Source: Balanoglossus misakiensis
Lineage: Eukaryota > Animalia > Hemichordata
Length of the DNA: 64,000 nucleotides
Assembly (NCBI GenBank): GCA_040954595.2
Contig: CM082598.2
Location: forward strand, 8,013,097-8,077,096
Direction: 5' to 3'
How positions within the stretch are numbered: position 1 is the first letter of the stretch; every line of letters begins with the position of its first letter. The notes beneath the pieces were generated by a model. That model searched no databases and was not told the origin of the DNA. It was given only the letters and a program-made list of their open reading frames with translations. The position numbers and the translations under genes were made by a program. Shown here piece after piece: positions 49,250 to 62,336 of the stretch.

Positions 49250-49697
49250 TTGCCTCTCAAGAACGCGCCATCAATGACCTTTGGCTTTTCAGAGACGCGG
49301 TCAAGATGTCTCTCCAAATCCGTTTCGCTCAACCAATCAGAGCGCTGCAGTGGCGTTCGATTTAGGGGAAGGTAACTGATTCGTCAATGGCGTTCCACCA
49401 GAAGTATCACCATGGTTGCCTACTTACTTCACAATTTCATTGTTATAGATCGATTGCCAAAAATTGAATTAATCCGAATTATTTTATATAATTTACGCAT
49501 ACAAGTGTCGTTTGTTGTTCCGAACGTCTGTTCCACACGTATGCCACTTCACGTGACAAGGACATTAGCCAATCACATGAAGCAACATCTGCATGATACT
49601 AGCGAATCAGAGCGCGAGCTCAAACGGATTTGGAGAGACATCTTGACCACGTCTCTGAAAAGCCAAAGGTCATTGTTGGCGCCCTCTTGAGAGGCAA
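49250..49697. mobile_element. TTGCC-MITE copy 2
   Basis: Homologous to 45823-46352; flanks (t)TATTGAAA and (c)TATTGAAA. Confidence 0.85.
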
Positions 49698-51963
49698 CTA
49701 TTGAAAGTTTTGTAAAACAAAATGGCCGATGTCAGGATTTTGATCATCCGCTGATTGGCTGAGCTGTCAGTATGACCCGGGTAACTGCAACTCGACAAAA
49801 CTGGCGACATCCAGCAAAAACTTTGGCGACATCCATCGATGGAGACCGATTGAACGCTGCAATTGAAGCATCTTTAACCTTGTACGATATATCATACAAG
49901 TTGAAGGTAGGGATTTCTTGATCTGTTAGGTATAGTTTAATTTATCAAAATACTCGTTTGCTAGATTATTTCATCCTATCACAATTGAACTCACTTGCAC
50001 GGCAGAGAATATCTGACACTGCACGTGCTGTTCAGGGTTATTTAAGTATTCTTCAATGTGACACTTTGAGTTATTTCATGCGAGTATTTTTCAGTGTTGA
50101 ACGTTTGATGTTTAAAATTGAATGATTATTTTTCGTGAGTACATTGGTGAATTTTTATTAATGTTGTGCTGTCATATAGGGCCTATAAAACCTTGTTTTT
50201 TAATGTATTTTCCATCAGGATAGACAAGTTGAGTGCTTATTAGGCAACTTGTGAATGGTAATGATGTCATGGCAGTATTGCCAACCGGCTATGGGAAAAC
50301 AATAATATATGAATTGTTACCAAACATACCACAACCCTCCGATGAATCATAAAGTACTAGTGTTATTAGTCCATGGGCCAGACAGGAATTTGGTATCAGA
50401 AAGATGGACAAAGCCTCATGTGGTTTTTTGGAAAGGCCTATATCTCTAGATTATGAATTGGGGTGATAGCCCTGCCTATCGAGTAGCTTTCTGCATTTTT
50501 TCCCTCAAAAACTAATATAAGAACATAAAAATTTCCGACCCAAATTTTGGGGGTAGGGGAACTTTAAATTGCTGTAACTCCAGCAAAACTAAAGCCAGAA
50601 CAGTCATTTACCACTCAAATTGTGTGTTTTTTAGAACTCTACCAATATAATATATTTTGGTGGTAATTCGTTTTGAATTGAGGTCAGTAGAGGTCAAAAG
50701 GTCATGAAATTTGGGTCATTCTGAAAATTTGTAGTATGACTATTTCTTGAACGATTTTTTTGAACTTAAGTCTTCAAATGTCATTTACAAGATAAAATAC
50801 TCTCCCAGAATCTATTTCAAACCAATAGAAAACCTTATTATTCATTTATGACCAGAAAAACACAAATAAAGAGAAACGACAGAAAGACATCCAATTTTCC
50901 ACTCAGATTTAAGGGTAGGGGAAACTTAAGTTCTTGTAACTCCGGCAAAAATAAACCCAGAACAGTCATCTACCACTCAAATTGTGTGTTTTTTAGAACT
51001 CTGCCAATATAATATATTTTAGTGGTAATTCGTTTTGAATTGAGGTCAATAGAGGTCAAAAGGTCATGAAATTTGGGTCATTCTGAACATTTGTAGTATG
51101 ACTATTTCTTGAACGATTTTTTTGAACTTAAGTCTTTAAATGTCATTTAGAAGATAAAATACTCTCCCAGAATCTATTTCAAACCAATAAAAAAAACCTA
51201 TTATTCAATTACGATCAGAAAAACACAAATACAGAGATACGGAAGAATGGCACAAGACTTCAGACCCTGATATTGGGGTAGGGGAAACTTAAGTAGTTGT
51301 AACTCCGGCAAAAATAAACCCAGAACAGTCATCTACCTCTCAAATTGTGTGGTTTTTTTAGCACTCTACCGATTGTATATGTATTTGTTGCAATTTTATT
51401 TTGAATTTAGGTCAAAGAGGTCAAAAGATCACAAGATTTGGGTAATTTCGAAAAATTATGGTACGAACATTTCCCGCATTAATTTTTTAAACCCAAGTCT
51501 TCAAATGTCATTTATGAGATAAAATACTCTATACCATTTTTTTCCGGACCAATTGAAGACCTTATTATTCAATTAAAATCAGAAAAAAAAAATTAGTAGA
51601 GAAACGGGATAATAACAAACAATTCCCACGGATTTTGGGGTAGGTTTGGCCATCTAACAGGTAAGTATACACCCAACTGATCATGCACATATGGTGTTTA
51701 GGAGAACGGAGGTGCAGATTTGTGAACCTTTGCATGCTGCTCATGTGCACTGTACTTGTATGATGATTCCTAACAATACTACGAGAAGGGGCCATTATAG
51801 CATTGTAGCTCTGATTGTGTATTATTGTTGGATACCATCCTACAGTGTACAGGCACAGCAGATGACAAGCCAAGCAAAGGTTCAAAAATCTGCTTATTTT
51901 TTTTTCCTCAACACAATATGAGCATGATCTATTTATATTCAGGTCCACTATAATAAATAAAAA

Positions 51964-52915
51964 ATGGCAAACCCATCTTCTATTCCACACAAGAGGGCTC
52001 GACGGGATTGTTTTCTCGACTGTCATGAATCCGACCATAAAGCAAGCCTCGTCACTCTACAAGATCACGCCTTCTGGATAACTTTGCTGAATACAGCTAA
52101 CATACAAAAATACAAACCAATTCAGGACCTCGCCATTGGATTGGGCGAAGGTGAAATTCCTCAGGTGCAGTGCCATCGGAAATGCCGAAGTCTCTTTACG
52201 ATGAAAAGGCTCTTGAATCTATCCTTTCTAAAGAGCAGTCGTCATCAACTGAGGGAACCAATACACTGGAACGTGAAAAGAGGTCGAGCATAAAAGGGTC
52301 TCGGGTGTACGATCATATTTGCATATTTTGCTCCACCACCAAGTACATGAAGGGAAGTAGGACAAGAGCTCCTTTAGTTCGTTGTCAGCAATTGCGTGCG
52401 GACAACACATTAAGGGAGGCAGCAACAAGAAAAAATGACAGTAAAATTCGTGCACTTCTCAGTCGTGAGTTGGTTGCTGCTGAGGGTCACTATCATAGAG
52501 CAGGTTCAAGTCATATGGAGGTTGATGAAAGTCAACATGATCAAGATACTAGTTATGAGGATGTCCTGCAAATTGCTCAAGAAGAGTTATTTTCTTTTAT
52601 CAGAAATGATTTGTTCACAAACCCTGAGGTAGTTCCCCTGACTGATCTATCAAACAAGTTAGTTACCAAAATGCTCAAACTTGGTGTTAAACAGGTTAAC
52701 AATTCCACCAACAAAACATGCAGCATACGCTAAATACGGAATTCAAAGGGACATTGATTTTTTTGAATGATGTAAATGGTAGGTTGCTTGTATATCCGTC
52801 ATCACTAGATATAGGTACTGTTGACCTGAAGTACAATGCTGTAAGAAAAGAACTTCTTGCAGCAGAAAAACAATCACATGAAAGTATCATCACCACATCT
52901 GCTCTAATCCTGCTT
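51964..52915 (+). pseudogene. AcademX transposase 5' fragment (left arm)
   Basis: CFLDC, HRKCR, CIFC..KY, ELVAAEGHYH; frameshifted. Confidence 0.75.
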
Positions 52916-53495
52916 ACGCTGCTTGAATATCAGGCCTTGTATAGTCCCTATAACACTTTCTAAGATAGTGACCCTCAGCAGCAATCAACTCACGACTGAG
53001 AAGTGCTCGAATTTTACTGTCATTTTTTCTTGTTGCTGCCTCCCTAAATGTGTTGTCCGTACGCAATTGCTGACAACGAACTAAAGGAGCTCTTGTCCTA
53101 CTTCCCTTCATGTACTTGGTGGTGGAGCAAAATATGCAAATATGATCGTACACCCGAGACCCTTGTATGCTCGACCTCTTTTCACGTTCCAGTGTATTGG
53201 TTCCCTCAGTTGATGACGACTGCTCTTTAGAAAGGATAGATTCAAGAGCCTTTTTCATCGTAAAGAGACTTCGGCATTTCCGATGGTACTGCACCTGAGG
53301 AATTTCACCTTCGCCCAAACCAATGGCGAGGTCCTGAATTGGTTTGTATTTTTGTATGCTAGCTGTATTCAGCAAAGTTATCCAGAAGGCGTGATCTTGT
53401 AGAGTAACGAGGCTTGCTTTATGGTCGGATTCATGACAGTCGAGAAAACAATCCCGTCGAGCCCTCTTGTGTGGAATAGAAGATGGGCTTGCCAT
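52914..53495 (-). pseudogene. AcademX transposase 5' fragment (right arm, inverted copy)
   Basis: Near-identical to 51964-52499 (MASPSSIPHKRARRDC...ELIAAEGHYLRKCYRDY). Confidence 0.75.
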
Positions 53496-56176
53496 TTTTT
53501 ATTTATTATACTGGACCTGAATATAAATAGATCATGCTCATATTGTGTTGAGGAAAAAAAATAAGCAGATTTTTGAACCTTTGCTTGGCTTGTCATCTGC
53601 TGTGCCTGTACACTGTAGGATGGTATCCAACAATAATACACAATCAGAGCTACAATGCTATAATGGCCCCTTCTCGTAGTATTGTTAGGAATCATCATAC
53701 AAGTACAGTGCACATGAGCAGCATGCAAATGTTCACAAATCTGCACATCCGTTCTCCTAAACACCATATGTGCATGATCAGTTGGGTGTATACTTACATG
53801 TACCTGTTAGATGGCCAAACCTACCCCAAAATCCGTGGGAATTGTTTGTTATTATCCCGTTTCTCTACTAATTTTTTTTCTGATTTTAATTGAATAATAA
53901 GGTCTTCAATAAGTCCGGAAAAAAATGGTATAGAGTATTTTATCTCATAAATGACATTTGAAGATTTGGGTTTAAACAATTAATGCGGGAAATGTTCGTA
54001 CCATAATTTTTCGAAATTACCCAAATCTTGTGATCTTTTGACCTCTTTGACCTAAATTCAGAACAAAATTGCAACAAATACATATACAATCGCTAGAGTG
54101 CTAAAAAAACCCACACAATTTGAGAGGTAGATGACTGTTCTGGGTTTATTTTTGCCGGAGTTACAACTACTTAAGTTTCCCCTACCCCAATATCAGGGTC
54201 TGAAGTCTTGTGCCATTCTTACGTATCTCTGTATTTGTGTTTTTCTGATCGTAATTGAATAATATGGTTTTTATTGGTTTGAAATAGATTCTGGGAGAGT
54301 ATTTTATCTTCTAAATGACATTTAAAGACTTAAGTTCAAAAAAATCGTTCAAGAAATAGTCATACTACAAATGTTCAGAATGACCCAAATTTCATGACCT
54401 TTTGACCTCTATTGGCCTTAATTCAAAACGAATTACCACCAAAATATATTATATTGGTAGAGTTCTAAAAACACACAATTTGAGTGGTAGATGACTGTTC
54501 TGGGTTTATTTTTGCCGGAGTTACAAGAACTTAAGTTTCCCCTACCCTTAAATCTGAGTGGAAAATTGGATGTCTTTCTGTCGTTTCTCCTTATTTGTGT
54601 TTTTCTGGTCATAAATGAATAATAAGATTTTCTATTGGTTTGAAATACATTCTGGGAGAGTATTTTATCTTCTAAATGACATTTAAAGTCTTAAGTTCAA
54701 AACTATCGTTCAAGAAATAGTCATACTACAAATTTTCAGAATGACCCAAATTTCATGACCTTTTGACCTCTATTGACCTCAATTCAAAACGAATTACCAC
54801 CAAAATATATTATATTGGTAGAGTTCTAAAAAACACACAATTTGAGTGGTAAATGACTGTTCTGGCTTTAGTTTTGCTGGAGATACAGCAATTTAAAGTT
54901 CCCCTACCCCCAAAATTTGGGTCGGAAATTTTTATGTTCTTATATTAGTTTTTGAGGGAAAAAATGCAGAAAGCTACTCGATAGGCAGGGCTATCACCCC
55001 AATTCATAATCTAGAGATATAGGCCTTTCCAAAAAACCACATGAGGCTTTGTCCATCTTTCTGATACCAATTCATGAAAAATCGGGTCCTGGCCCATGGA
55101 CTATATCTCCACTGGTGTCCCTTATGGCTGACCAGGTGCAGCGTCTCAACATGATGGGAGTTAGTGCAGTACAGCTGAGCAAACAACAAGGCTATAGTAC
55201 AGGTTTGTTTCATTATGCTCATGTATGATTTCATATTTTGATTTGTAAAATGTAATGTCAAGTGAAACACCTCACCTATTTTGGAGAATGCTGCAACCAC
55301 ATTATCTATCCACCATACCAATCTATTAGCATGACTTATATGACCCTATGTTAATTAAGTATGTACATATACTACATTGATGTACTTCATAGAAACTCAG
55401 AACTGCAGTTACCCAATATGTGAAATATTATCTCTTAATAAGTGTTTTCATGCATCCCATATTAGTATGTTATTAATAGCATCACATATTTTTCGTTTAC
55501 AGATAGAGATTGTGACATCATGCTGCTCAGTCCAGAAGCCCTATTTAGTGGTAATTGGAGAAATCATCTATGACAGGCATAGTACAGAGACACCATTCAT
55601 TCCATTGTTGTTGATGAAGCACACTGTGTTGTTCAGTGGTACGTGTATATAACCAATACCGTGTATATAAAAATATATATCTACATGTGTGTGAACATAC
55701 ATTAAGTATAAATTATTCAGTTTTGCTTCTAAGTTTTTATCACATGAAAGTTTGAGTGAGGAATGTCGTTGTCATCAGGAGATTTTCAGTATTTTATAGA
55801 AATATTGTATAATGCTTAAATCTCCAAACGGCAAATAAAAATATGTTGCATGATAACTGGCAATGATAATCATTATATTAAGCAAAATGTAGAAAAGAAA
55901 ACATGCTTCAATTTTAAAATGAACTGGTGCTGAATGTGCTGAAATAGAGATGAATACACACACAGCTTTTATGATCTTAAAAATGTTGACATGTCTATTG
56001 TTATTTTCAATTGTTCAGGGGTAAAGATTTTCGAAAAGACTATGCTTGCATCGGTGAACTACGGAGTCTTCTTCCAAGGGCTAGCATGGTAGCACTCACT
56101 GCAACTGCAACTCCAGAGATGAGATCTGAAATAAAGAAAATCCTATGCATGGAAAAATGTGAGCTGGTAACATGTG

Positions 56177-57739
56177 ATCTTTAACCTTGTACGATATATC
56201 ATACAAGTTGAAGGTAGGGATTTCTTGATCTGTTAGGTATAGTTTAATTTCTCAAAATACTCGTTTGCTAGATTATTTCATCCTATCACAATTGAGCTCA
56301 CTTGCAGAGAATATCTGACACTGCACGTGCTGTTCAGGGTTATTTAAGTATTCTTCAATGTGACACTTTAAGTTATTTCATGCGAGTATTTTTCAGTGTT
56401 GAACGTTTGATGTTTAAAATTGAATGATTATTTTTCGTGAGTACATTGGTGAATTTTTATTAATGTTGTGCTGTCATATAGGGCCTATAAAACCTTGTTT
56501 TTTAATGTATTTTCCATCAGGATAGACAAGTTGAGTGCTTATTAGGCAACCTGTGAATGGCAATGATGTCATGGCAGTATTGCCTACCGGCTATGGGAAA
56601 ACAATAATATATGAATTGTTACCAAACATACCACAACCCTCCGATGAATCATAAAGTACTAGTGTTATCTCCACTGGTGTCCCTTATGGCTGACCAGGTG
56701 CAGCGTCTCAACATGATGGGAGTTAGTGCAGTACAGCTGAGCAAACAACAAGGCTATAGTACAGGTTTGTTTCATTATGCTCATGTATGATTTCATATTT
56801 TGATTTGTAAAATGTAATGTCAAGTGAAACATCTCACCTATTTTGGAGAATGCTGCAACCACATTATCTATCCACCATACCAATCTATTAGCATGACTTA
56901 TATGACCCTATGTTAATTAAGTATGTACATATACTACATTGATGTACTTCATAGAAACTCAGAACTGCAGTTACCCAATATGTGAAATATTATCTCTTAA
57001 TAAGTGTTTTCATGCATCATGAGTATGTTATTAATAGCATCACATATTTTTCTTTTACAGATAGAGATTGTGACATCATGCTGCTCAGTCCAGAAGCCCT
57101 ATTTAGTGGTAATTGGAGAAATCAACTATGACAAGCATAGTACAGAGACACCATTCATTCCATTGTTGTTGATGAAGCACACTGTGTTGTTCAGTGGTAC
57201 GTGTATATAACCAATACCGTGTATATAAAAATATATATCTACATGTGTGTGAACATACATTAAGTATAAATTATTCAGTTTTGCTTCTAAGTTTTTATCA
57301 CATGAATGTTTGAGTGAGGAATGTCGTTGTCATCAGGAGATTTTCAGTATTTTATAGAAATATTGTATAATGCTTAAATCTCCAAATGGCAAATAAAAAT
57401 ATGTTGCATGAGAACTGGCAATGATAATCATTATATTAAGCAAAATGTAAAAAAGAAAACATGCTTCAATTTTAAAATGAACTGGTGCTGAATGTGCTGA
57501 AATAGAGATGAATACACACACAGCTTTTATGATCTTAAAAATGTTGACATGTCTATTGTTATTTTCAATTGTTCAGGGGTAAAGATTTTCGAAAAGACTA
57601 TGCTTGCATCGGTGAACTACGGAGTCTTCTTCCAAGGGCTAGCATGGTAGCACTCACTGCAACTGCAACTCCAGAGATGAGATCTGAAATAAAGAAAATC
57701 CTATGCATGGAAAAATGTGAGCTGGTAACATGTGATCTT
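56177..57739 (+). repeat. Second unit of a ~1.56-kb tandem duplication within the helicase gene
   Basis: Duplicates 49870-56176 minus the fold-back insertion. ATCTT microhomology at 49870, 56177 and 57735. Confidence 0.92.
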
Positions 57740-59060
57740 GACCACCACAATATATTCTACCTAACAATACAGGCTCCAACATCAATTGCTGACACATTCT
57801 CTTGGCTTACTGATTTTCTGAGATACATGAAGACAGAAACTAAGAAACACATAATTTACTGCCGAAATATCAAATCTTGTGCACATTTGTACAAGTATTT
57901 TGTCAGTGAATTAAATGATGAATCATGGATTGGGACACCAACAATTCGGAATGCACTGTTTACAATGTACCACCACTACACACCAGTGAAAAATAAAAGA
58001 TTCATTGAAAAATCATTCGGCAAGACTGAATCCAAGTTGAGAGTAATAATAGCTATTATTGCATTCGGTATGGGAGTGGATGCCCGGATGTCCACATGAT
58101 CATTCATTGGGGAGCTTTTAGATCCTTTGAAGGTTTTGCACAGGAATCAGACAGGGCAGGAAGGGATGGAACACAGGCATTTTCTACTGTATACTATCAT
58201 CCAAGAGATGTGAGCAGAGTTGCCACTGTTAGCCAAATGAGAAAATTTTGCATTTCAGATGACAGATGTCGAAGAGATATCCTTTTGAAACATTTTGGAC
58301 AAAACAACCAAATTAATGTTTCTCAGGGCCACCTATGTTGTGACATTTGCTATGGATGATGTGAATGTGGGGAATTCCCTATACATCCTGGTTTGATCCC
58401 AGTGAGACTTACTGATGAGGAACTGGGTGCAGCTGCTAAAGATGCTGAACAGCAGGACTGCCTAACTAATTATGTTACTGAAGAACAAAAACAGATAATC
58501 AAACAAGACTTGACCACATATAGAGATTCAATGTCCAGGGGTTTAATTTCAGCAATAGTAATGACTGGGTTAACAGATGCTGCCATTTCTGACATAGTAG
58601 GCAATATTCCCTACATTCATTGTGAGGATGACATTCTTACAGACTTTGTGTTTGACTCGCACATTGCCACAGAAGTGTTGAAAATTATCAATGATAAATT
58701 GGAGTGGAACTGTTGGGTATAATGACCTGTACTTTTGAATGCATGAGAACTTCTATGTGTTCTCTTACAGTGTATAATGACCTGTACATTTGAATGAGTA
58801 TCATGAGAACTGCTATGTGTTCTCTTACATACAGTGTTATTTATCTATTTGTTCATTTTGTGATTGATGATTTTGCTTCCTTAATATTTGAACTTTTTTA
58901 TGTGACATGTATACTTCTGGGCTGGTGGCCTCCAGTATCGTAATAAAAGAGTTGCTGATTGGTTCACTCACAACTCAAAGCATGGAGAATATGAAACCTT
59001 CATTTGCTTTTGACATAAACATGTCAATAAATGCGGCATACATATTGACAGGCATACTTA

Positions 59061-60222
59061 GGGACCGTTCAGTTTTTACGGCCGGGGGGGGGGGGGGCAA
59101 AATCCAGGGGGGGGGGGGGTCACTTAAATTTTGAAGTCCAAAAGTGGGGGGTCATCTGTTTTTTTGAAACGTTTAAAGGGGGTCACATACTTTTGCCACC
59201 AAACTTTTGCTTTTGAGTCCAGAAAATTGCAGTTTCGCGCCCTTTATTTTACAAAATTTTCTAATGTGGGAGGGGGACACCCCCTCCCACCCCCTTCATT
59301 CTCCGCCACATTTCATTTTTTGCTGTTTGTTTAGTGTACCAGGGCAGAGTGCTTGCCACCCCAACCCCACCGATGATAATATTTAACAAAGTAAATACAT
59401 GAGGGAGAATAATCGTTTAAACCATTTCGCATAACTAATAGTTTCGCGCTGCATCTTCTATATACTAGAAGTTTTATAAATGATGTCATGACGAAGATGA
59501 CGCCAAATCTTCTAACTTTGAGTTGAGTGGCAAAAAGTAAAATTGGTCCTCCCAAACATTGAGATAATTTGCTTTTGAGTTCATAAAAATGCAACTTTCA
59601 GCTACATATTTTACAAAATTTTCTAATGAACCCCCCTTTGACACACCCACCCCTCCGTTCTTCGCCACATATCATGTATTCGCTGGTTTGTCTAGTGTAC
59701 TAGGTCAGACTTCTTCCCACCCCACCCCCCGATGCTTACTTTGAGTGGAATGGCAAAATTAAAATTTGTCCCTCATTGAGTTAATTTGCTTTTGAGTTCA
59801 TTAAAATGCAACTTTGAGCACCGTATTTTACAAAATTTTCTTATGTGGCAGGGGGACACCCCCTCCCACACCCACCCCCGCCCCTTTTCTTGTTTTACCA
59901 ATTCTAGCAACTATTGTATTGATTTGTCATTTTATTTTGTTCATAGATTTCTTTTTCGCGACGGTATACTATAATATACTTCAATTACTTTAAGAAATTT
60001 GTAATTGAGGTGTGAGGAGCCTCATTCCCTTTATTGCATACAGTGTACATACGATCAGGACATTGAATGTTTTCGGCGTGGGGGGGTGTCATCATATTTT
60101 TGGGTCTGTCAAAGGGGGTTCATCATTTTTTAGTGCTCGGTGAAGGGGGGGTCAGCCTGATTTTGAATACCGATGAAACAAACTTGCCCCCCCCCCCCCA
60201 GCCGTAAAAACTGAACGTTCCC
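59061..60222. mobile_element. PIF/Harbinger MITE, copy 2 (uninterrupted)
   Basis: TTA|GGGACCGTTCAG...CTGAACGTTCCC|TTA. Confidence 0.9.
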
Positions 60223-60318
60223 TTAACACACACACACACACACATATATACATACATATGAAATATGTGATTCAAGTGGTCCAATACAAAGTGCTCAATA
60301 CTAAAGTGGAGCGGAATG

Positions 60319-60459
60319 TAAAGTAAGGGTAGCTTGAGAAACGAAAGGCAGTATAATCTCTACAATGATGTTTCGTGAGTCACTATACTCGCTCATCTCA
60401 CTGACACACGAAACATAGAGATTATACTGCTTACCGTTTCTCCACCTACCCTTACTTTA
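60319..60459. repeat. 140-bp hairpin MITE (Crypton-like palindrome)
   Basis: taaagtaagggtag..gcagtataatctcta / tagagattatactgc..ctacccttacttta. Confidence 0.7.
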
Positions 60460-60606
60460 TATACATACATACAGATGCCACCCACTTCAGCTTATATAAC
60501 CTCACCCTAAGCTTACAGATGAAAGCAAATGTTCAATTTTTGAAGAAAAGAAAAATATACATTAAAGCAATAACCCTTGACGTGGGCAGGTATACTCAAG
60601 ATTTGG

Positions 60607-61030
60607 TTACAATTCAAGACATCTTATTGCAACAGAATGCTTTTCTTCAGATTGCCCATTTACCAGTTGAATATTCTTTTTTTCTTCCCGACGGTTTATC
60701 CACCTGTGTAAGTCTTTTGGATCAATATTAGAGAACATGTCGGACTTAAAGGTTGGGAAATGACTATGTGCCCTCCCTGCATTCCATTTAAATACAGATG
60801 ACAGCTCCTCATACATCATTCTATTAACACTAGCTTTTGTGTGTGCTCTAGTCTGAAATGCAACACCGAATTCTTGAAGCAAATGCTTCTCAATGTCATG
60901 ACGGTACATCAGAGTCTTTCCAATCCTGGCAACAGATGCAATTGTGTGATTTGGTCACAGTGTTTTCATTCTTGTCTTAGCGAGTCTATTTAGGAGTTCC
61001 ATGACATAGTCTCTGTCAAAATTATTTCCT
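60607..61030 (-). pseudogene. 3' remnant of AcademH/DUF6589-like transposase
   Basis: NLIGGEGNNFDRDYVMELLN...GRAHSHFPTFKSDMFSNIDPKDLHRWI aligns by eye with NWQGKVDTNHPMDLDIEHDN...ARKHKAFEKMPANILELLDMKAFKNWM of ORF 221-1051; one internal TGA. Confidence 0.75.
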
Positions 61031-62183
61031 TCTCCTCCTATTAAATTATTTTAGGGGGGAGTGGATGGAAGACTATTTTGGGGAAAAGGCAAGAATAGGG
61101 AATAATCCACAATCCACAATCTGACCGATCTGATTAAAATCAGATGTAGCGTACAGTGATGTCTTTTATAATTTGAACACAAATTTCAACTACTTTCAGA
61201 TGACATAATAATTCGTGTCTAGTCTGTGATTTAACTGAACAGCCCAAAATACTACAAACGATAATATTTCCCTTCTAGCTCTACGTATGTTTCCCTGATC
61301 CCTAATTTGCTACAAGGAAGCACATAGCTACTGAAATATCGACCCAAAGTATCCCTTGAACAACCAAAATTAGTAGATTTACCATAAAAATTATATTTTT
61401 GCAACAAATCTCATCAACAATTCAATTTGAGTGATTCCTCAAGCACTCATTTTCAATATCATTCAAAAATAACAGGAGACTATAGCAAGAATTACACTTA
61501 CTTTCAGTTGAGGAAGAACTTTTCAGAAACCTGCCTTCAGCTTGCACTCTCACATATGCACTCACATTCCAGTCTGTTAAACAAAAACCCAGAGACGCCC
61601 TCTATAGTGTCTTCTTTCGTTTCTGTTCCTCATGGTCACCTAGTGGATTTATTGATGTCACAGATCTCCCGAACGTGTAGAAGAGAACTTTACAAAAACA
61701 TTCTGTAGAATTTCTATGGACACATATAGATTTCTGTGTAGTTGTGTACCATTTTCCTATTGAATTCTGTGGAAGCATCATTTACCTACAAAATGCTATA
61801 GGACTCTATAGAACGTTGTTGCAAGTCACCATAGGCTGATGGAGTGTGTCTACATTGGATTTTTCACACAGGCCCAGGCCCAGCATTGGTGCTACACCGC
61901 TGTAAGCTGTCAAGTCTGAATCCCTTTAATATAAAAGCTTGGTTCAATAGTTGATTTGTCTTAGTTTCCCCAAAATTGTACTTTTTTTATTGAGTCCTGC
62001 TGTAAATATTATACCCCCCGTATTTGATCAGTTGTCAATCAGAAAATCTTGAATTGTCAATTTCTTTCTTCATGTATGTATCATCAAGGTATTTTTGTTT
62101 GCACTGTCTCTGCTATAAACTTGTCAGTCAACGGCTATAGTTGAACCCTTTTTCTACTGGTCAGTTCTACAAAATCTTATATA

Positions 62184-62336
62184 CCCTTTTCATAAGTCTT
62201 GCGCCCTCATGCAGCAACAATGAATGTGAACTCAAAGTGTGGCCAATGGGGGGAAACCCCCTTAACCTCCATATGCCTCACTTTGAGTTGATATTCATGA
62301 TGGCTGGTTGAGGGCGCTAGACTTGTGAAAAGGATG
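62184..62336. mobile_element. ~150-bp hairpin MITE
   Basis: ccttttcataagtcttgcgccctca / tgagggcgctagacttgtgaaaagg, TA-flanked. Confidence 0.65.

Larger units (their letters stand above)
50367..55103. mobile_element. Fold-back AcademX derivative: two 5' ends in inverted orientation, TSD TAT
   Basis: TAGTCCATGGGCCA termini; TAT at 50364-50366 and 55104-55106 (empty site at ~56665). Arms of ~2.1 kb, each with ~360-bp tandem units and the transposase N-terminus. Confidence 0.9.
49823..58722 (+). pseudogene. RecQ-related SF2 helicase (AcademH-encoded), spliced, partly duplicated and disabled
   Basis: LPTGYGKT, SPLVSLMADQV, SPEAL, VVDEAHC, WGKDFR, ALTATAT, IIYCR, FGMGVD, QESDRAGRDG and RQC-like CRR..CCDIC across GT-AG exons; contains stops and frameshifts. 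Confidence 0.9.
49176..61030. mobile_element. AcademH-type DNA transposon (helicase plus convergent transposase), right end not seen
   Basis: Left terminus TAGTCTCGGTTACCCAGACG...AAGGGTCTCGGG. RecQ-like gene on plus and DUF6589-like transposase 3' end on minus, tail-to-tail. Confidence 0.75.

Noticed and set aside
57569-58722. Host RecQ/BLM/WRN gene
   Set aside because: It is a minimal helicase with stops and frameshifts, lying inside an element with an Academ-like terminus and converging on a transposase remnant.
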